Assembly: GCA_049325335.1 (NCBI GenBank)
Contig: JBMOMC010000016.1
Location: forward strand, 4,005 to 15,720
Direction: 5' to 3'
From: Nitrospirota bacterium
GTDB lineage: Bacteria > Nitrospirota > Nitrospiria > 2-01-FULL-66-17
DNA: 11,716 nucleotides
Shown here: positions 1 through 11,716 of the stretch, one piece after another
Position numbering within the stretch: position 1 is the stretch's first letter
Layout: the number at the start of each line of letters is the position of its first letter
Position numbers and translations under genes: made by a program
The notes under the pieces: generated by a model
Seen by the model: only the letters and a program-made list of their open reading frames with translations
What the model was told of the DNA's origin: nothing
Databases searched by the model: none

Positions 1-93
1 GCCATTCACGCTCCCTTCCGAGCTCGTAGTACGTGGTCGCGGGCCGATGCATCGGCCCGCGACCACGTACTACGAGCTCGGAAGGGAGCGTGA

Positions 94-98
<5 letters not shown>
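1..98. repeat. Perfect 98-bp palindrome (two 49-bp arms, no loop) at the window edge
   Basis: Checked base by base: 1-49 is the exact reverse complement of 50-98, centred on ATG|CAT (47-52). The right arm contains the rpoB RBS and start codon. Confidence 0.98.
80..88 (+). promoter_or_regulatory. Shine-Dalgarno site of rpoB
   Basis: GGAAGGGAG lies 5 nt upstream of the ATG at 94. Confidence 0.7.
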
Positions 99-4062
<3,964 letters not shown>

Positions 4063-4078
4063 GACGGCTGGTCCACCG

Positions 4079-4104
4079 GTAAGGGCGCACGCGTGCGCCC
4101 CTAC
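4079..4104 (-). repeat. REP-like (GTAG-type) extragenic palindrome
   Basis: The minus strand reads GTAGGGGCGCACGCGTGCGCCCTTAC, a 26-bp palindrome with one mismatch and a perfect 18-bp core (4083-4100). The palindrome is directly seen; the REP label is an inference from a single copy. Confidence 0.55.
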
Positions 4105-4106
4105 GT

Positions 4107-4115
4107 GAGGGGGGG
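4107..4115 (+). promoter_or_regulatory. Shine-Dalgarno site of rpoC
   Basis: GAGGGGGGG lies directly upstream of AAC-GTG (start at 4119). Confidence 0.65.
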
Positions 4116-4118
4116 AAC

Positions 4119-8273
<4,155 letters not shown>

Positions 8274-8293
8274 CGACGTGAAACAACGTGAAA
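8274..8293 (+). repeat. Tandem 10-bp direct repeat (CGACGTGAAA / CAACGTGAAA)
   Basis: The copies are 9/10 identical, with core ACGTGAAA at 8276-8283 and 8286-8293, between the rpoC stop and the -35 box. Confidence 0.85.
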
Positions 8294-8297
8294 TTGC

Positions 8298-8326
8298 TTG
8301 ACATGGGATGTGTAAATCACTATACT
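8298..8326 (+). promoter_or_regulatory. Sigma70-type promoter of the str operon
   Basis: TTGACA (8298-8303, perfect -35), a 17-bp spacer, then TATACT (8321-8326, 5/6 match to -10), in an AT-rich patch of a GC-rich window. Predicted TSS about 8331-8333. Confidence 0.88.
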
Positions 8327-8392
8327 CCCAAAGTTTTTCGCCAGCGTCAGATAATCTCGCGGTTTAGAGCGGCGATCGCGACGCGTTCATGT

Positions 8393-8398
8393 GAGGAG
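8393..8398 (+). promoter_or_regulatory. Shine-Dalgarno site of rpsL
   Basis: GAGGAG lies upstream of the GTG at 8403. Confidence 0.7.
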
Positions 8399-8402
8399 TG
8401 CA

Positions 8403-8774
8403 GTGCCGACGATTAATCAGTTGGTGAAACAAGGGCGGTTTCAGGCGCGCTCGAAGACCAAGTCTCCCGCGTTGAAAGGCGCGCCGCAGCGACGCGGCGT
8501 GTGCGTGCGCGTGTACACCACGACCCCGAAAAAGCCGAACTCCGCGTTGCGGAAAGTGGCGAGGGTTCGTCTGACCAACGGGATGGAAGTCACGACATAT
8601 ATCCCGGGCGTGGGGCACAACCTGCAGGAGCACTCGATCGTGTTGGTTCGCGGCGGCCGCGTGAAGGATTTGCCCGGCGTGCGGTATCACATCGTACGCG
8701 GGACGTTGGATACGCAAGGCGTGCAGAATCGGAAACAAGGTCGTTCCAAGTACGGCGCAAAGACGCCCAAATAA
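8403..8774 (+). CDS. rpsL: 30S ribosomal protein S12 (uS12)
   Basis: MPTINQLV...[17 protein letters not shown]...GHNLQEHS...[11 protein letters not shown]. Start moved from the ORF track's 8391 to GTG 8403, which gives the conserved MPTINQL N-terminus and has an SD. 123 aa. Confidence 0.99.
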   Translation: MPTINQLVKQGRFQARSKTKSPALKGAPQRRGVCVRVYTTTPKKPNSALRKVARVRLTNGMEVTTYIPGVGHNLQEHSIVLVRGGRVKDLPGVRYHIVRGTLDTQGVQNRKQGRSKYGAKTPK

Positions 8775-8815
8775 GGCGATGACGATGATTCGGTTGAGCG
8801 AGATGAGGGGGTCCG

Positions 8816-9289
8816 ATGCCGCGGCGTAGAGTACCGGTTCGGCGCGAGTCCGCGTCCGATCCGCGGTATCATGACCGCTTGGTCGGGAAGTTCATCAATA
8901 CGTTGATGAAAAAAGGCGAGAAGAGCGTCGCGGAATCCGTGTGTTATGACGCATTTGAGCTGATCAAGACCAAGACCAACGGCGGCGACCCGCTGAAGTT
9001 CTTTCGGTCCGCGATCGACAATATCAAGCCGGTGGTGGAAGTGAAATCTCGCCGCGTCGGCGGCGCTTCGTATCAGGTGCCGGTGGAAGTTCGTCAGGAT
9101 CGTCGAATTTCGTTGGCGCTGCGGTGGCTGGTGTTGTACGCCAAGCAGCGAAGCGGACGGTCCATGGAGGAGAAGCTGGCCTCGGAATTGTTGGACGCCT
9201 CCAATAACACCGGCGGGGCGGTCAAGAAGAAGGAAGATACGCACAAGATGGCGGAGGCGAATAAGGCGTTTGCGCACTATCGGTGGTAG
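8816..9289 (+). CDS. rpsG: 30S ribosomal protein S7 (uS7)
   Basis: 157 aa: MPRRR...[18 protein letters not shown]...[17 protein letters not shown]-like GAGGGGG at 8805-8811. TAG stop at 9287-9289. Confidence 0.99.
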   Translation: MPRRRVPVRRESASDPRYHDRLVGKFINTLMKKGEKSVAESVCYDAFELIKTKTNGGDPLKFFRSAIDNIKPVVEVKSRRVGGASYQVPVEVRQDRRISLALRWLVLYAKQRSGRSMEEKLASELLDASNNTGGAVKKKEDTHKMAEANKAFAHYRW

Positions 9290-9372
9290 CGGCCTTCCGG
9301 TTTCTTCCGTGGTTTTCGGTACGAGTGGTTCGCGCGGGCGGTAATTAGCTCGACATATATTTCGGTGAGGTG

Positions 9373-9408
9373 GAGGGATCGCAAGCCGATGGGGCGTCGC
9401 GATTTCTT
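9373..9408 (+). other. Predicted RNA stem-loop in the rpsG-fusA spacer, followed by a U-rich tract
   Basis: GAGGGATCGC (9373-9382) pairs with GCGATTTCTT (9399-9408), 10 bp including 3 G-U. Inner GCC/GGC pairing at 9385-9387 / 9393-9395. T6 run at 9416-9421. Confidence 0.45.
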
Positions 9409-9439
9409 GTTGGTATTTTTTCTGGTTGCGGTGGCGTAA
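9389..9439 (+). CDS. Putative 16-aa small ORF MGRRDFLLVFFLVAVA (twin-arginine-signal-like)
   Basis: ATG at 9389 to TAA at 9437-9439, translated by hand. GGAGG at 9372-9376 is 12 nt upstream. No homology support is available. Confidence 0.25.
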   Translation: MGRRDFLLVFFLVAVA

Positions 9440-9441
9440 CG

Positions 9442-9448
9442 TAAGGAG
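9442..9448 (+). promoter_or_regulatory. Shine-Dalgarno site of fusA
   Basis: TAAGGAG lies 9 nt upstream of the GTG at 9458. Confidence 0.8.
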
Positions 9449-9457
9449 AGTGGTGGC

Positions 9458-11539
9458 GTGCCTCGTCAGTATCCGTTAGATCGGACCCGCAATATCGGGA
9501 TTATGGCGCATATCGACGCGGGCAAAACCACGACCACCGAACGCATTCTCTACTATACCGGCGTGACCCACCGGATCGGCGAGGTGCACGAAGGCGCCGC
9601 CACCATGGACTGGATGGAACAGGAGCGTGAGCGCGGGATCACGATCACCGCCGCGGCCACCACCTGCTTCTGGCGTGAGCACCGCATCAATATTATTGAT
9701 ACCCCAGGCCACGTGGATTTTACCATCGAGGTGGAGCGCTCGCTGCGCGTGTTGGACGGCGCGGTCGCGGTGTTTGACTCGGTGCAGGGCGTGGAGCCGC
9801 AGTCGGAAACCGTGTGGCGTCAGGCGGACAAGTATCGCGTGCCTCGCGTGGCGTTCATGAACAAGATGGATCGCATCGGCGCCGATTTCTTCGCGAGCGT
9901 GCAGTCGTTGGTGGATCGCCTCGGCGTTCGGCCGGTGTGTTTGCAGCTCCCGATCGGGAAGGAAAGCGCGTTCCGCGGTCCCGTCGATCTGATCGAGATG
10001 AAGGGCGTGTTCTTCGACGACGAAACGCTGGGCGCCAAATTCACGGTCGGCGACATTCCGGCCGATATGGCCGAACAGTCCGCCGAGTACCGCGAAAAGA
10101 TGGTCGAAGCCCTGGCCGACTGCGACGAACGGGTGATGGAGCGCTACCTGGCGGGCGAGTCCCCGACCGTCGAGGAGTTGAAGGCGGCGATCCGTCGCGG
10201 CGTGATGGAGATGAAAATCGTGCCGGTGTTGTGCGGCGCGGCGTTCAAGAACAAGGGCGTGCAGTTGCTGTTGGACGCGGTGGTGGACTATCTCCCGTCG
10301 CCGGTCGATATTCCCCCGGTCGTGGGGATCGACGTGAAGACGTCGGCCGAGGTGACGCGCCGAGCAGACGATGACGAGCCGTTTTCCGCCCTGGCCTTCA
10401 AGATCATGACCGACCCGTTCGTGGGGCAGCTCACGTTTTTCCGGGTGTACTCCGGCGTGCTCCGCGCGGGGTCCTACGTATACAACGCGACCAAGGACAC
10501 CAAAGAGCGCATCGGCCGTATTTTGAAGATGCACGCCAACAAGCGCGAAGAGGTCAAGGAGATGTACGCGGGCGAGATCGGCGCGGCCGTCGGGCTCAAG
10601 GGCGCCACGACCGGCGACACGCTCTGCGACGACACCAAGCCGATCCTGCTCGAGGTCATGAAGTTCCCCGAGCCCGTGATTCAGATGGCGATCGAGCCCA
10701 AGACCAAACAGGATCAGGAGAAGATGGGGCTCGCGCTGCAAAAGCTCGCGCAGGAAGACCCCTCGCTCCGCGTGTCCACCGACGAAGAGACCATGCAGAC
10801 CTTGATTGCCGGCATGGGCGAGTTGCACCTCGAAATCATCGTCGATCGGATGAAGCGCGAATTCAAGGTGGAAGCCAACGTCGGGAAGCCGCAGGTGGCC
10901 TACCGCGAAACGATTCGGACCGCGTCCACGGCGGAGGGCAAGTACATCCGGCAGACCGGCGGTCGCGGGCAGTACGGCCACGTGGTCTTGGAACTCGAAC
11001 CGCAGGAACCCGGAAAGGGATTCGAGTTCGAGAACAAGCTCGTGGGCGGGGCGGTGCCGAGGGAGTACGTGCCCGCGGTTGAGAAAGGCATTGTGGAGGC
11101 GATGGAGGGCGGCGTGGTGGCCGGTTATCCCATGGTGGACCTCAAGGTCGCCATCGTGGACGGTTCGTATCATGACGTGGACTCCTCGGAAATGGCGTTC
11201 AAGATCGCCGCGTCAATGGGTTTCAAGGAGGCGGCCCGGAAGGCGAATCCGGTCTTGCTCGAACCCATTATGTCGCTCGAAGTGGTGGTGCCCGAAGACT
11301 ATATGGGCGACGTCATCGGCGACATCAACTCTCGTCGGGGCAAGATTCAGGGCATGAAGGGCCGCGGCACCGCGCAGGTGATCACCTCGGAGGTGCCGTT
11401 GTCCGAGATGTTTGGATACGCCACGGATCTGCGGTCCAAGACCCAGGGACGCGGCATATTCACCATGCAGTTCGCCCACTATGATATGGTGCCCAAACCG
11501 ATCGCTGATCAGATCGTGGCGAAGGTTCAGGGAGGATAA
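9458..11539 (+). CDS. fusA: Elongation factor G
   Basis: 693 aa with a GTG start. GTPase motifs [19 protein letters not shown] and NKMD, plus [20 protein letters not shown] and [13 protein letters not shown]. Canonical str operon position. Confidence 0.99.
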   Translation: MPRQYPLDRTRNIGIMAHIDAGKTTTTERILYYTGVTHRIGEVHEGAATMDWMEQERERGITITAAATTCFWREHRINIIDTPGHVDFTIEVERSLRVLDGAVAVFDSVQGVEPQSETVWRQADKYRVPRVAFMNKMDRIGADFFASVQSLVDRLGVRPVCLQLPIGKESAFRGPVDLIEMKGVFFDDETLGAKFTVGDIPADMAEQSAEYREKMVEALADCDERVMERYLAGESPTVEELKAAIRRGVMEMKIVPVLCGAAFKNKGVQLLLDAVVDYLPSPVDIPPVVGIDVKTSAEVTRRADDDEPFSALAFKIMTDPFVGQLTFFRVYSGVLRAGSYVYNATKDTKERIGRILKMHANKREEVKEMYAGEIGAAVGLKGATTGDTLCDDTKPILLEVMKFPEPVIQMAIEPKTKQDQEKMGLALQKLAQEDPSLRVSTDEETMQTLIAGMGELHLEIIVDRMKREFKVEANVGKPQVAYRETIRTASTAEGKYIRQTGGRGQYGHVVLELEPQEPGKGFEFENKLVGGAVPREYVPAVEKGIVEAMEGGVVAGYPMVDLKVAIVDGSYHDVDSSEMAFKIAASMGFKEAARKANPVLLEPIMSLEVVVPEDYMGDVIGDINSRRGKIQGMKGRGTAQVITSEVPLSEMFGYATDLRSKTQGRGIFTMQFAHYDMVPKPIADQIVAKVQGG

Positions 11540-11545
11540 TTGGGT

Positions 11546-11573
11546 GCAGCGGCGACCGGTCGGTTGCCGCTGC
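11546..11573 (+). other. Strong stem-loop between fusA and tuf
   Basis: GCAGCGGCGACC (11546-11557) pairs with GGTTGCCGCTGC (11562-11573), 12 bp with one G-U and a 4-nt GGTC loop. Followed by only TTT. Confidence 0.8.
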
Positions 11574-11577
11574 TTTC

Positions 11578-11583
11578 AAGGAG
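11578..11583 (+). promoter_or_regulatory. Shine-Dalgarno site of tuf
   Basis: AAGGAG lies 6 nt upstream of the ATG at 11590. Confidence 0.8.
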
Positions 11584-11589
11584 ACGGAG

Positions 11590-11716
11590 ATGGCGAAAGC
11601 GAAATTTGAGCGAACGAAGCCGCACCTGAACATTGGGACGATCGGGCACGTGGACCACGGCAAGACCACGCTGACCGCGGCGATCACCAAAGTGCTGGCG
11701 GACAAGAAGCTGGCGG
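11590..11716 (+). CDS. tuf: Elongation factor Tu, 5' part (truncated by the window end)
   Basis: Not in the ORF track. Hand translation gives [42 protein letters not shown], with the EF-Tu P-loop GHVDHGKTT. Confidence 0.98.
   Translation, partial: MAKAKFERTKPHLNIGTIGHVDHGKTTLTAAITKVLADKKLA

Noticed and set aside
8338..8390. Structured RNA in the rpsL leader (GCGTC/GACGC and TCGC/GCGA pairings)
   Set aside because: Only 4-5 bp helices, which are expected by chance in GC-rich sequence. It cannot be supported without covariation data.
8391..8402. ORF-track start of rpsL at GTG 8391 (MRSAV extension)
   Set aside because: This segment contains the SD itself. The conserved S12 N-terminus begins at GTG 8403.
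8520..8680. Possible streptomycin-resistance alleles in S12
   Set aside because: The TPKKPNSA and RVKDLPG loops (K42/K87 equivalents) are wild type.
8775..8791. Short GAT/GACGAT repeats in the rpsL-rpsG spacer
   Set aside because: Too short and degenerate to distinguish from chance.
9333..9361. Internal promoter for fusA (TATATT at 9356-9361)
   Set aside because: No plausible -35 at 16-18 bp and no TG extension.
9476..11173. 565-aa antisense ORF inside fusA
   Set aside because: Same shadow-frame effect. It is codon-aligned with EF-G and has no independent protein features.
11459..11490. Internal tuf promoter in the fusA 3' end (TATGAT at 11480, TGaTATGGT at 11482)
   Set aside because: Weak matches explained by the coding sequence (H-Y-D-M-V), with no properly spaced -35. 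TSS data would be needed.

Overview
This GC-rich window holds a core housekeeping locus, all on the + strand: rpoB (94-4062), rpoC (4119-8273), rpsL (8403-8774), rpsG (8816-9289), fusA (9458-11539) and the first 42 codons of tuf (11590 to the window end). This is the ancestral arrangement in which rpoBC directly precedes the str operon. The RpoC N-terminus and the RNA polymerase insertion pattern suggest Nitrospirota (judged from recall, not a search). I see no mobile element, CRISPR array, RNA gene or convincing novel multi-gene system. The unexplained structure is all in the spacers: (1) a perfect, loopless 98-bp palindrome at the window start, most likely a fold-back or assembly artifact; (2) a GTAG-type REP-like palindrome between rpoB and rpoC; (3) a near-consensus sigma70 promoter for rpsL, preceded by a 10-bp-phased direct repeat; (4) a 168-nt rpsG-fusA spacer with a hairpin and an SD-preceded 16-codon ORF that reads like a bare twin-arginine signal peptide and is in frame with the rpsG amber stop; (5) a strong hairpin just before the tuf ribosome-binding site.
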